Source: Lama guanicoe (Eukaryota). From it: 64,000 bases of DNA. The translations under genes and the position numbers were made by a program. The stretch lies in contig MU054117.1 of the NCBI GenBank assembly GCA_013239625.1, positions 2,168,011 to 2,232,010 of the forward strand, read 5' to 3'. Below, piece by piece: positions 41,456 to 52,548 of the stretch (positions are counted from its first letter, which is position 1; every line of letters begins with the position of its first letter). The notes beneath the pieces are model-generated. The model saw nothing but the letters and a program-made list of their open reading frames with translations, made no database searches and was not told where the DNA came from.

Positions 41456-42412
41456 TAAGCCCCGGCAGTCTGGGCCCAGATGCACCACGCAGGTCAGGCT
41501 TTAACCAGTCACCCAGCCTTCCCACCCAGACCCTGCTCTCATCTCCACCCACCCAGGACTCACCCCAACTCCTGAGGCCCACTTCTCACCTGCCTAGGCC
41601 TCCTACCACATTAGCACATATCAGCATGCTCCAATTACAAGGCATTTTTCCCCTCTACAGGCTGGAGCTCACAAAATCAGGTCTTGTTCTCCTGTCACCC
41701 CTCTTCCCCAGAGGCAGAAGTTTCAGAATTTGCTGAGTCCAACACAGGCATAGTTGCAGATAGAGAAAGGGGGCTGTATATGGGGCCTTGAGGGTGGGGA
41801 GGAGGAACATTTTACATATGGTTCATCGTGTCGGAATGATTTGGTTGTTAAGTAAGCACCTTAAGGGATTATTTTACATTTCGTACTTCCAAATTTTTAT
41901 AAATTAAATTCTTTCCCCTCAGGCTGGGTTTTGTTTTTCAAGCTTTGGATGTCTGGCTGGAATTGGCTTGATTTGCATAATCCCACCTCTGAGACTTAGC
42001 CCCGCCCCTTAGGACCCTCTCCTTGCCTTGCCCAGCCCTTGGCCAGTCTTCCCACTTTGGGCAGCCACCCTGCTCTGGTCTCCCCTCCCCAGGAATGAGC
42101 CCAGCTGTGCTGCTGCTGAGAGGCTGGGATAATCCTCCTTGAGCCATTTCAAGGATTAGTCCTGCTGCCCTGTGCCCAGCTCCCACTCGGTGGGATTTCA
42201 GAGCTATGGACACTATGCCAGGAAGAGGGGTGCAGCTCCTGTAATGCACATCCACGCAGGGTGGTGGGCACCAGGCTCTGGGTTCCAGGTTCCTCAGAGT
42301 ATGTCATGGTGCGTGGAGTTTAGTGAGATGGATGCTGGCAGCCTGGGACCTGAAGTCTGAGAGCAGGAGAGTCCAGAGCTTGAAGTCTTAGGTCCTCAGT
42401 CCCTGCCTTGAA

Positions 42413-42443
42413 ACACACACACACACACACACACATACACACA
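42413..42443. repeat. (CA)n microsatellite
   Basis: Directly visible. Confidence 0.9.
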
Positions 42444-45267
42444 CCCCTCTCCTCCTCCTCACTCTCACACACCAACCTCATCACAGACTTTCGTAGATGA
42501 GGTGGGTCCTTTTCCCTTCCCTGAAAATCGTGTTTTCTGACTATGTTGATACATAGATGCATAGATGAACATATTAGTATTATATATTAAAATATCTTAT
42601 TCAATCAAAAGTTCATTTTTTTCTTCTGATTTTAATTAAAATACATTTACGGTCCTCTGACAGTACTGTTACTGTGCCTGACGGCAGTCAGCCCTTCCTG
42701 CACCCTGCTTGTGCCCCCCGCCCCCCGTCGCTCTCTTCCCAGCCCTGGTCCTCCTAGGCTGCAGAGGAGGTGAGGGGGAGCAGGAGAGCCGCAAGGTCCT
42801 GAGGTGGGTCATTTCACGTTCAGAGGGAGGCACGGAAGTTCCTTGCCCCGTCTCTCTGAAAGTGGGGAACGTCCGCACCTGGGAGAGCCGGGTGCTGCCC
42901 TTCATGCCCCTGGGGTGCCACTGCTTACAGGTTAGTCTGAGGGAGCCCAGTTTGGGGCATCAGAAATGTGGCTTCTTTCAAGCCCACTGCTGTGGTCCCA
43001 GGGTTTCAACACATTCTGGCTCGAGCCCAGACTCCCCATCATGACCAATGAGCCCCTCTTTGGGAGGTACTGTAATAGAGTGGGTAAGAGTGTTTATGAA
43101 TAGGTGGACCTGTCTGACTTCAGACAAGTTCTTCAGCCTCTCAAAGCCTTGTTTTCCTCCAAATATACATAGGGATGATGGGAATATTTTCCTCACCAAG
43201 TCTTATAAATACTGAATATTGTACATGTCCACGTGGTTTGCACACAGTGAAACTCTGTACACTTGCTAGGAAATAGGATTGTTACACAAATAAACACAGA
43301 TCTCCCACCTCTTCTCCACATGTCAGACCCCCTCTCGTAGCTGAGATTACAGATGCAGAGCGCCAAGCGCGTTGCCTGGCACAGAGCAGGAGCGCCCAAG
43401 GTGGTACCTGGTATTGCGTCTCTAATCTCATCCCCACCCCTCTCTGCCTTGTACTCCAGCGACGCCAAGCTGCTTATGGCCTTGTGTCGCTTCCCACCCC
43501 ACACCCACTGCATGTCTTCTCACCTCCTGGTCACCGTCGTGGAAGCTGGCTGGTCTACAGATAGACTGGGTTTCCCAGCCTCCCCTGCGGTTACATGTGC
43601 CCGTTTGAACAGGGTCTTGCCAGCGGAATGGGAACCAGAGTGACAGATGCTGCTGCCAGGCCCGCTCCATCAAACCTCCCTCCCTCCCTCCTGCTCCTCT
43701 TGTTCTTCCCCTTCCAAGCTCAGAAGCCCCGTATGAAGACAGTGGAGCCACAGCCGGGAAGAACTTAGGGCCATCCACTGATGTGGCTGATTTGTTAGTG
43801 AGAAGGAATGAGACCTTTTGGTTTGTTGCAGCAGCCAGCCTTGCCTTAATTAATAGACTCCTGCTGTCTCCTATCCCTGGGACGCCTACAGCCCCACCCT
43901 GGGGTAACGCCAGCTTATCCTTTAAGTTTCATCTCTGGCATCACATCTTCCAGAAGTCCGTCTCTGAGCAACCTTGGACAAAGGTTAGGTATCTCTAACT
44001 GCACAGTCGACTCCCCTCTTTCTGTCCTCTCCTCCTTCTAACAGAATCTCTTTGTTTAGGGAAGCCGTATACCCAGTTAAAAATGCTCATTTCCCTAGAC
44101 TCCCTTGCTGCTAGCTGCAGTCATGTGATCCCACCCTGGCAAATAAGATGTAAGAGGAAGTTGCTGGCTGGAGAGTCTTAGGGAAGCGTTCTTAAAAAGG
44201 AATCCGTTGGGCTCACATCTGCATTTTACCTTTTTTTCTCTGTGCCTCCTTTCTTCCCACCTGGACATCAGATGCAAGGCTGGGAATGGAGCACACATAT
44301 CACAGCCCCAAGGATGAAAGCCACGTGCTAGCACGGAGTAGAGAGAAGACTCCAGGCTCCTAAAGGCACCGTGGAGCCTCCAGGTCTGCCCTGTTCTCCT
44401 TACTCCAGTTCTGCACCTTGGAAGACTTTTCCATTGGGCACGACGGAAGCTCTGCATGTGTGCCCCTGCTCCTGCTCTCCAGCACCCTGCACCCCTCCCT
44501 GCTTCTCTCAAAGCACCATTACACCCTGGCAATCATCTGCTTACCTGTCTGTTTCTCTGACATGTTTGAAGGCACAGAGCTTGCACTCAATGAAGTTGTG
44601 CTGGGAGAAGGGTGACCAGGGACACTGCAGTGTCTTCCTCATCCTCCTTCTGAAGAAAGAAAAAGGTATCCTTGGGGGACACACAGGAGAGGCCCCAGCC
44701 AGTGGCCTCCCCACCCCCTCTGTCTGGGGAGCATCGAACAGGAAAGGAAATTGGATAGCCACCAATCTGCATTCTGTATGGATTTGCCTTTTCTGTATAT
44801 TTCATTTGAATAGAATTCAACAGGCCCCAAAAGGCAGGCAGGTAGGACCTTAGTGTCCACATCTTATGACACTCAGCTTTTCTTTATCCAGACTGAAGTA
44901 AGGTTCTCCCTGCAGCCAAGCGGCTGAAGTTAAATGTCCTTGCAGTGCAGCTCCTAGGAAATCTTTACAGTTATATCTGGGATGAATCTGTTGGCAGCAG
45001 ATTAGATTGAGAACTTCTGTGAAGTGCGGGTGACCTGTGTGGAGGCTGAACTGGCTGGTCTGGGCGGGGGTGTTGTCTAGCAGCGCTCTGGTGAGAAAGC
45101 ATAGCCGGGGTTGGGGGGTGATGGGGGATGTGGGTGCCTGTCTGTGTGCAGACGGACATCCTGGGGCGCATACAAATTTCCTTTCATGTTTGAATAAACT
45201 TTACAGATCATGGAGCAATTAGACGTCCTTTCTCTGCAGCCCTTGAAGGGAGTGAGGGCAAGCACTC

Positions 45268-45475
45268 TCTTTTTTTTTTTTAATTGAAGTATAGTCGGTT
45301 TACAATGTTGTGTTCATGTCTGGTAATGCATAGTGATTCAGATAAACATACATATTCTTTTTCATCTTCTTTTTCATTATAGGTTATTACTAGCTATTGA
45401 ATATAGTTCCCAGTGCTGTACAGTAGGACCTTGTTGTTTATCTAGTTTACATATAGTAGTTTGTATCTGCACTTC
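45268..45475 (-). mobile_element. L1 3' tail with poly(T)
   Basis: T run then AATTGAAGTATAGTCGGTTTACAATGTTGTG...CAGTAGGACCTTGTTGTTTATC. Confidence 0.8.
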
Positions 45476-45678
45476 TAACCCCGGTTTATAAATGGGGCAG
45501 CCGAGGCCCCTTTGGACAACTTGCCAGAGGTCGCACCGAGGATGAGTGGCAGAGCCCCAATGCTCCGAGCTCTCCTCTACTCAGCATATGTCCCCTCCTT
45601 CGATGTGTCCTGGATACCTTAAGCCATTGCCACTCAGTCATTGCTCAGGTGGAGGGAGGGGGACATGTGCTTGCAGGT

Positions 45679-46018
45679 TGTATTAGTCAAAAACAAAATA
45701 CCATAGAGTGGCTTAAACAGCATAAATTGATTTTTCACAGTCCTGGAGGCTGGAAAGTCCAACATCAAGGCTGTGAGCTGATTTGGTTCCTGGTGAGAGC
45801 TCTCTTCCTGCGTTGCAGACCGCTGCCTTCTCCCTGTGTCCTTACCTCTCCCTGTGTCTCCTGAGGGCTGTCAGCCCATCATGGGGGCCCCACCATCACG
45901 ACCTCATATAACCCTAATCACCCCCCAAGGGCCCCAGCCCAAATACCATCACATTGGGGGTTGGGGCTTTAACTATTGATTTGGGGAGGGTGGGGGGACA
46001 CATTCAGTCTGTAATACA
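45679..46018 (-). mobile_element. MaLR (MLT1-type) LTR
   Basis: TGTATTAGTC..CAAAATACCATAGAGTGGCTTAAAC..CACAGTCCTGGAGGCTGGAAAGTCC...CCAAATACCATCACATTGGGG...GACACATTCAGTCTGTAATACA. Confidence 0.85.
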
Positions 46019-46186
46019 GGCGGAAACTCATCTCTTTCCCATCATTGGTGGAAACCATATGCTGCAGCCAGTATGTCATTGGAATGTTCTCATCAAAAAA
46101 GGCAGTTCAGCCTAAGTCCCTCCCAGGGAAGGGTGTGGAGGGGAGCCGGGAAGGAGGACAAAATTTGGAGAGCATTAGGAAGAAAG

Positions 46187-46410
46187 TAGGGTTGCCAGAT
46201 TTAGCAGGTAAAAATATAAACACCTACTGAATTTTGAATTTTAAATAAACAGTGAATGATTTTTTAGTGTAAATGTGTCTCATGCTTAGTTGGGACATAC
46301 TTATACTAAATATATATATATAAAATACTAAATATAAATAAATAAATATATATATGAAATCTGAAATTCAAATGTACTTGGAGTCCTGTGTTTTTATATG
46401 GCAACTCTAG
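46187..46410 (+). mobile_element. MER53 palindromic non-autonomous DNA transposon
   Basis: Termini TAGGGTTGCCAGA...TATGGCAACTCTA; internal inverted repeats TTTGAATTT/AAATTCAAA; AT expansion in the right arm. Confidence 0.85.
46263..46310 (+). ncRNA. MIR1302: miR-1302-family hairpin (MER53-derived)
   Basis: TTGGGACATACTTATACTAAA (46290-46310) is one base from remembered miR-1302 UUGGGACAUACUUAUGCUAAA. It pairs with TTTAGTGTAAATGTGTCTCA (46263-46282) over 19 of 20 positions counting GU pairs. Expression unknown. Confidence 0.6.
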
Positions 46411-46539
46411 TGCCAAGAATTTTGAGTTTACCCAGTGGGCTCCAGGAGGGAGCATTGCAGGGTCTCTGGACTGATGCTTCCTTTATACAGTTAAGAGGTT
46501 TTTTTTTTTAAGTCTTTAAAAAAAACCATCTAGTTTTTT

Positions 46540-47222
46540 TCCTTGTTGTAACATATACGTAACATAAAATTTACCTCTCTAACCATTTTTAAGTGTACAG
46601 TTGAGTAGCATTAAGTACATTCATATTGGTGCAACCATCTCTACTACGGATCTCCAGAATCTTTCATCATTGCAAACCGACATGTCAGAGAAAACTGGAG
46701 CGGTGAAAGCAGACTCTGTTCAGGACTCTGCAACAGCGGGAAAGAGAGGTCAGCATAGAACCTGGGTCAGTTGTAAATACAGCGTGGACAAGTGGGGACT
46801 TTTAGCCAAGGAGCAAGGTGGGGGGTGACGGGAATGGAAAGTTACTAAGAGGGAAGGGTAATTCTTGGCTAGGATTCTTGCTGCAGGCAGGTCAGGGATG
46901 GGACATCTCGTGGGGACGGCGAGGGCTGAGGAGTCTGGTCAGAAACAAGGGTGGTCTGCTGTAGAGGCTGGAGGGGACGGGACCTGGCTAAAGCAACAGG
47001 ATTCCCCCTAAAACTGGGCGAGGGAGCGGAGGCCTAGCTGGAAAGAGGATTCAGAGCAGCCTGACTAGCATGTGGTCAGGGAGAGACCATCTCGAACCCT
47101 GCACCCATTAAACAGTAACCCCCCACCGTAACCACCGTTCTGGTTCTGTTTGGATCTGACGGCTCCGAGCACCTTGCATAAGTGGACTCGTGCAGCGTTT
47201 ATCCTTTCGTGTCCGGCATTTA
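46540..47222 (-). mobile_element. L1 3' end split by an LTR-like insertion (about 46682-47092)
   Basis: L1 ACCATTTTTAAGTGTACAGTT..CTCCAGAATCTTTCATC stops near 46680 and resumes as GCACCCATTAAACAGTAAC near 47100. The intervening block starts TGTCAGAG and has ERV1-LTR-like TTTAGCCAAGGAGCAAGG. Confidence 0.65.
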
Positions 47223-47229
47223 GTTTTTA

Positions 47230-48040
47230 AACGGGGGCGGGCACTAGGCGGGCTCTGTGGTGAGCTGGGCCTGCAGAGGCCTAGGCCACAAAATCTGGGC
47301 TGGACGAGGGGAGGTCAATCGAGCGCCTCGCGGAGGGGAGGGGAAAGGGGAGAGGAAAGGGGAGAGGGGCGGGGCTGACGCCGGGTCGCGCGAGGCGGCG
47401 CTGACGGGCTGGCGGCGCGCTCAGCCCTGAGGAGAGGAGGCGCTCCTGGCTCCAGGCTGAGAGCTGCCGACGCAGGGCGGGCAGAACTGGCGGCTGGAGG
47501 CGGAGCCAGAGCTGGGGGCCCCCAGCGCCCGGGAGGCGGAGCAGGCGGCGCCGGGACCCGGCGGGCGGCGCGCAGGTGAGGGTGCGGGCCTGCGGGGCGC
47601 GCGGGGCCGGGGCGGGACGCGGAGGGGGCGGACGGAGACGCCAGGGAGCAGCAGGGGCTCGGGGAGGCGCCGGCTGGGCGGCGAGCGGAGCGAGGAGGCC
47701 CGGGCCCGCTGACTTCCGCCTCGGCCGCCGACTGGCTGCCCGCCCGGAGGGGCCGGCCTGGGCCTCGGCATACAGGCCCGCGGCCCCCGCTCGGGGTTCC
47801 CCGGCGCCAGGCCTGCGCCCGCCCGCGCTGCCGGGGAGGCACTGGCCCGGGAGCCCTGCGGGTTCGCGGACAGAGCCGGGGCCCGCGGGCCTGCGCACCT
47901 CCGGCCTGGCCCTTGGACCGGCTGCCCTGGGTGCTCCCTTTGCAGCCCCACCCGTCCCGGCCCCTTGTTGACCCCGCACCGCGGGAACTGTGCTTGGGTC
48001 CCGGCTGCCTGCAGCCGAGCTGGGTGTCCCGAGCACGTCC
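47230..48040 (+). promoter_or_regulatory. CpG-island promoter of WASHC1
   Basis: CpG-dense; GC box GGGGCGGGGC at 47366-47375 followed by TGACG; ETS-like ACTTCCG near 47712. Confidence 0.88.
47400..47575 (+). other. WASHC1: WASHC1 non-coding exon 1 (start approximate)
   Basis: Strong donor GCGCAG|GTGAGG at 47576 inside the CpG island, upstream of the ATG-containing exon. Confidence 0.7.
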
Positions 48041-48129
48041 AAAATTACAAATCTCATTGTGTGAGACGGGTATGCTGTACGTCCACTTCCCTGGGAGAAT
48101 CCGCAGTTTTCACCAGATTCTCCGAGGTA

Positions 48130-48392
48130 CCAGCCACATATGTGACTTTAAACGGAAACGGTGACGTTAATTTAGTAATATATTTTGCTTAAGCCTACCG
48201 TATTTGAAATACGGTCATTTCAGCATGTAATCAGTATTTAAATTTTTAATGAGATACGTTAGTCTTTTTATTACTACTAAGTCTGAAGCTCGGTGTATAT
48301 TTTACACTTAGACTACATTTCAGTTAGGACTGGCCCCATTCCAGGTGCTGAGTAGCCACATGTAGCTAGTGCCTGCTGTATGGGATGACAGG
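48130..48392. mobile_element. MER33-like DNA transposon remnant
   Basis: CATTTCAGCATGTAATCAGTAT; GGTGTATATTTTACACTTA; GGTGCTGAGTAGCCACATGTAGCTAGTG. Confidence 0.7.
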
Positions 48393-48923
48393 CCTCAGCA
48401 TTTCATTCCTGGCTTGCAGGCCCAAGTCCAAGCTCCTTGTCGTGGTATTCAGTGTTTTTCACTATCTGGCCTCACATTTCTTTTTCCTGCTACTTGCCCA
48501 AGAATGGTTGTGTCCCCACCACCCAAACCACTTGCCCTTCCCCTACACACCTTGGTCTAACTCTCCGTTCTACCTGGGGTGCTCTCCTTGCCCTCTCTCC
48601 CTGGGCCTGGTAGGGAGGTACAGCTTCTGCTAAGAGTTTTTCCTGACTCCGCTGACCCCAGAAGGGATTTATCACTCCTTCCACAGTGTCCTCTAGCGCT
48701 GGGTTCTTGGCTAGGGTAGAGCGCTTATCTTCCACATGCTGTTTCTTTTCCAAGCTGTCCTAACAGCATATATAGCATCCTGTTCATCTTTGTCGTGATC
48801 ATGGCTGGCACCTAGTAGCTGATCAGGGCTTGTTACAGGCAGAATGAGTAAACCGCTAAGCACCTGTACTCAATTTCTTAATTCTTGAACAGACCTGCTG
48901 CTCCCTGGCTTAGGAGATGTGCT

Positions 48924-48985
48924 CACGCACACACACACGCGCGCACACACACACGCACACGCGCGCGCACACACACACACACACA
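48924..48985. repeat. Mixed (CA)n/(CG)n alternating tract
   Basis: Directly visible. Confidence 0.9.
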
Positions 48986-50529
48986 GTGTGGTGACTCACT
49001 ACGAGAAATGCATTTCAAGATGGGCACAGAAAGTACCTTCTACCTTTTACTCCTTCTCCATCTTACAGATGGGAAAACTGAGGTACAGGACTAAGTGAGG
49101 AAACACAGCAGATTTGCATCAGTGAAAATGCAAAGAGGGGTGGGTGGGGATATTTGAAAGGAGTATGAGGTCCCAGAGGGTTAGGTTCCTCAGCTGGTTT
49201 GGAATCAGCCGGTTCCACTTTGGTCATTTGATAGGCAGGAAGGGAAGTGGGGAGGTGAGGAGTTAGTTACTCCTGGGCCCTGATGAGGAGTCTAGGCAGG
49301 TTCAGATCTAGGACGCTGATGAGATCGCTGCTGGAGAAAAGCTTGGAGGGCAGAAAGGTCATATCAGGAAAAGTGCTGGCCTGGGAAGGGTAGGAGAGAA
49401 CAAGTAGGGTAGAAGGAAGGGCAGAAGCCAATAGAGGGAGCAAAGGAGTCAGCTGCAGCCTGAGGAGGGTTTTGGTTGATACGTTGAGAATAACCACTTA
49501 TCAGAGCATTGCTATTCTCAGTCTGCAGGATAAGAAATGGAAAGAATCAGAGATTCAGAGAAGGCAAGCAACTTACTCCAGGTCACACAGCACTTGAAGC
49601 CCAAATGAAGCCTCCTAAACCCTCCCTGCTACATTTACCCAGCCCCACCCACACCTCTGTTGCAACTAAGGGCCCCAACGTGGTGCCTGAGAAAACAGGT
49701 CTGGGGCACAGTTCCAGGCCTGATTAATGTCTTCCTCGCCGTCTTCTACCGAGGGGCTGTGATTAGGCCTATTTATAGGGGCCCAGTGCCTTAATATTCT
49801 GCCTGGTGCCTCTCTTGCCAATCAAATCAGTGCTGTCTGCAGTGTGATTGCTGCTTTGGTGGCACCAGGGAGCAGAGTTAATTAAACCCAGTATAAATAG
49901 ACTCTGCCCTCCTCTTGCAATTCAAAGGAGTGTTTTTCCTTCCTGTCCCCTGCCACCACATGCCCCTCCTTCCTCCTGGCCCCCCTTAGCTCTGGCCTGG
50001 GAGAACAGAGCCTGGACACCCTTATACTTGGAGTCACAGCCACTGCCTGTTCTATTTCAGGCGTAGGTCCTCGGGGGCCAGAGTGAGAACCCAGGAGTCC
50101 ACATTTTCTGTGCTTTTCCAGACCTGGGTGCCATTTGGCAGTTGATAGAGGCAGTTCCCCCCACCCCCAATCCATCCCTTTTTTGTCACTTTGCAGCCAG
50201 GGTTTCTTGTTCATCCAGACTTGGGAGGTTGAAGGGAGATGAGGTAGGGAAAGGGTGCCTTGCTGGGTCCCGGGCGCCTGGCAGCCAGTCAGTTTTGCAC
50301 CTCCTCTGAAAGCTTCTCATCAGTCTCTGGTCCTTACCAGTTTCCCTCCCTCGTTCCCCCAACAAACATCAACAGAGCACCAGCTCCTGTGAGCTCCCAG
50401 CCGCCCACCACGTGCTGAAGCTCTGCAGATCATTGGGGTGGGGGGCTGGGTGCCCTTCTCCCGGCACCTTGTCCTGTGGCAGGTGAGTGTGGGGGCAGTC
50501 CTGATGCTCGGTTCCCACCCCCAGGCACT

Positions 50530-50678
50530 ATGACCCCCACGGGGACCCAACATTCGTTGACCGGTCAGACCTATGCAGTGCCCCTCATCCAGCCGGACCT
50601 GCGACGAGAGGAGGCCATCCAGCAGGTGGCGGACGCCCTGCAGTACCTACAGAAGGTCTCCGCAGACATCTTTAGCAG
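50530..50678 (+). CDS. WASHC1: WASHC1 exon 2, first coding exon (exon starts at 50525)
   Basis: [61 protein letters not shown](R), the WASH N-terminus; donor AG|GTGAGT. Confidence 0.96.
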
Positions 50679-52431
50679 GTGAGTGCTGCTACCACCCCCA
50701 TGTGATCGGGGCTGCTCCCTGCCCTGGGCAGTCGTCTCTCCAGTCCCGGCCATGCACCATTTTTGGAGCACCCCTTTTGGTGATTCTTAGTCCTGGGAGG
50801 ACCCAGCTGGCTTCCCCGTACCCAAGGGGCCAAGCTGGGTGCCCAGCTTAGAACTTCTCGTAGGAGCTCACAACCTCCTGTCCCACTTAGTCCCGGGTTC
50901 CCCGTGGATCCACAGGCCCAGAGGTGGTACAGCTCTCCCAGCTCATGCTCTTCCTCCCACTGAGGAGCCTATCGCCTCACTTACTCCTGGAGTCAGCACA
51001 TTTTTATGCAGCGCTTTTTGTGTGCAAGGCTCTGTGCTACTCTCCTTAGTTACAGCAACGAACAGGGCAGCGTCCCTGCCCACCTAGAGGATGTGCTCCA
51101 GCAGCAGGGACAGACTCGATCATTTGCATGTCACTTACCATTGTGATAAGACCTGTTTTTAATATTTTTGTGATAACTATTTGCATGGGCATTACCTGTG
51201 TGCTTCCACTGATCTGAGTGTATGTCATTCAGCCCTCACAGTGACAGCTGAGGAAGTCCTGTTGTTCCTTTTTTCTAGATGAGGAAACTGAGGCAGAAAG
51301 GCCAAGAGGCTTGTCTGAGTGGCAGAGCCAGGGGTCACACCCAAGTCTCGAGGCTCCAGGCTCTGGAATTACCACTGTCTGTGATGACAGGAGGCCTGTT
51401 TTGGTCTGGAGGGTCAGGGAAGGCATGTGTGAGGAAAAATATTTATGGCAAAACCTGAACGGTGAGTGGGTAGGTTGAGCGAAGAATGTTCCAGAAAGTC
51501 AGAAGCCTGTGTGACTTGAGAGAGGGGCTTCCCGAGGCTGGTGTGGTGGCCTTGGGTCATCGATGCTTTCGAGCAGGGAGTGAGGGCTGTTTGTACCACC
51601 AGCGCTGATCCCACACAACCCTTGGGCTGTCGTGATTTTTCACTTGGTGTCCGTTGAACAGGAGTGCACAGTGTTTGCTGTGTCTTGCAGAGGTCCCCGG
51701 TTTTGTCCTGTGTATGGGTCTTGTCTGTCTTTGGCCATGAGTAACCTGAGATGGGCTTAGAGCTGCTTCTCACTGGATGCCCACTCCACCCCTCCCCCAG
51801 GCTGGAGTGTTTGACTGCCTGACTCAGGTCCCTCTCCTGGTCAAGTCTCCCATACTGTCCCTTGCTTGGACCTCAGACTAGGGACCCCCCCCCTCACTGC
51901 TGCAGCACACAGTGTCCTCCTCCATCAACTGGAATTCCCCCTCTTCCCGGGAGCCTTCCCCGACAGGGGCAGAAAATGGGGTCATTGTCTCCAGTGGGAC
52001 GTGGTCCAAACATCGGATCCTCTTGACTCTTCTGTCTCTGAGCTGCCCACTGATGCCCCTGCCTACCCCAAGCCTACCCAGGATGTGAATGTAACTGAGG
52101 GGGTGCCCTGATGTGGTCGAGGGGGTTGACTCCTGAGCAGACTGCCTGGGCTGCCGTCTGGCTTCCTCGTTAGCTTGCCCTGTAACCTCAGGCAAGCTAC
52201 TTAACCTCTCTCAGCCTCAGTGTTCCCATTTATGAAACAGTGATGATGATGGTACCTTCTTCAGAAGACGATTGTTAAGATTAAATGAATTGGAAGATGC
52301 ACGAGAGTCGAAGTGCCTTGTATGCAGTCAGCGCTCAGTAAACAGCCCCTCTTCTTATCTGGTGACATCATCGCTGCTCATCACTGCCTATTCTGACCAT
52401 CCGTTAACCTGCCATCATAGTCACAGAAGAT

Positions 52432-52548
52432 GGGGGAGGGTGCAGCTCAGCCCTAGAACGTGTGCTTAGCACGTACAAGGTCCTGGGTTCAGTCCCCAGC
52501 ACCTCCATTACAAATAAATAAATAAATCTAACCCACCCCCCCAAAAAA
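52432..52548 (+). mobile_element. tRNA-derived SINE, camelid Vic-1-like
   Basis: GGGGAGGGTGCAGCTCAG...GGTCCTGGGTTCAGTCCCCAGCACCTCC with (AAAT)n and A tail; target-site duplication ATAGTCACAGAA (52417-52428) / ATAGTTACAGAA (52549-52560). Confidence 0.85.

Noticed and set aside
47281..48057. 258-aa minus-strand ORF and other ORFs in the WASHC1 promoter
   Set aside because: Stop-codon depletion is expected in a CpG island.
52432..52548. tRNA-like A and B boxes (also at 22250-22330 and 40025-40052)
   Set aside because: These are SINEs: two have AT-rich tails and target-site duplications, the third is a short fragment. They are not tRNA genes.
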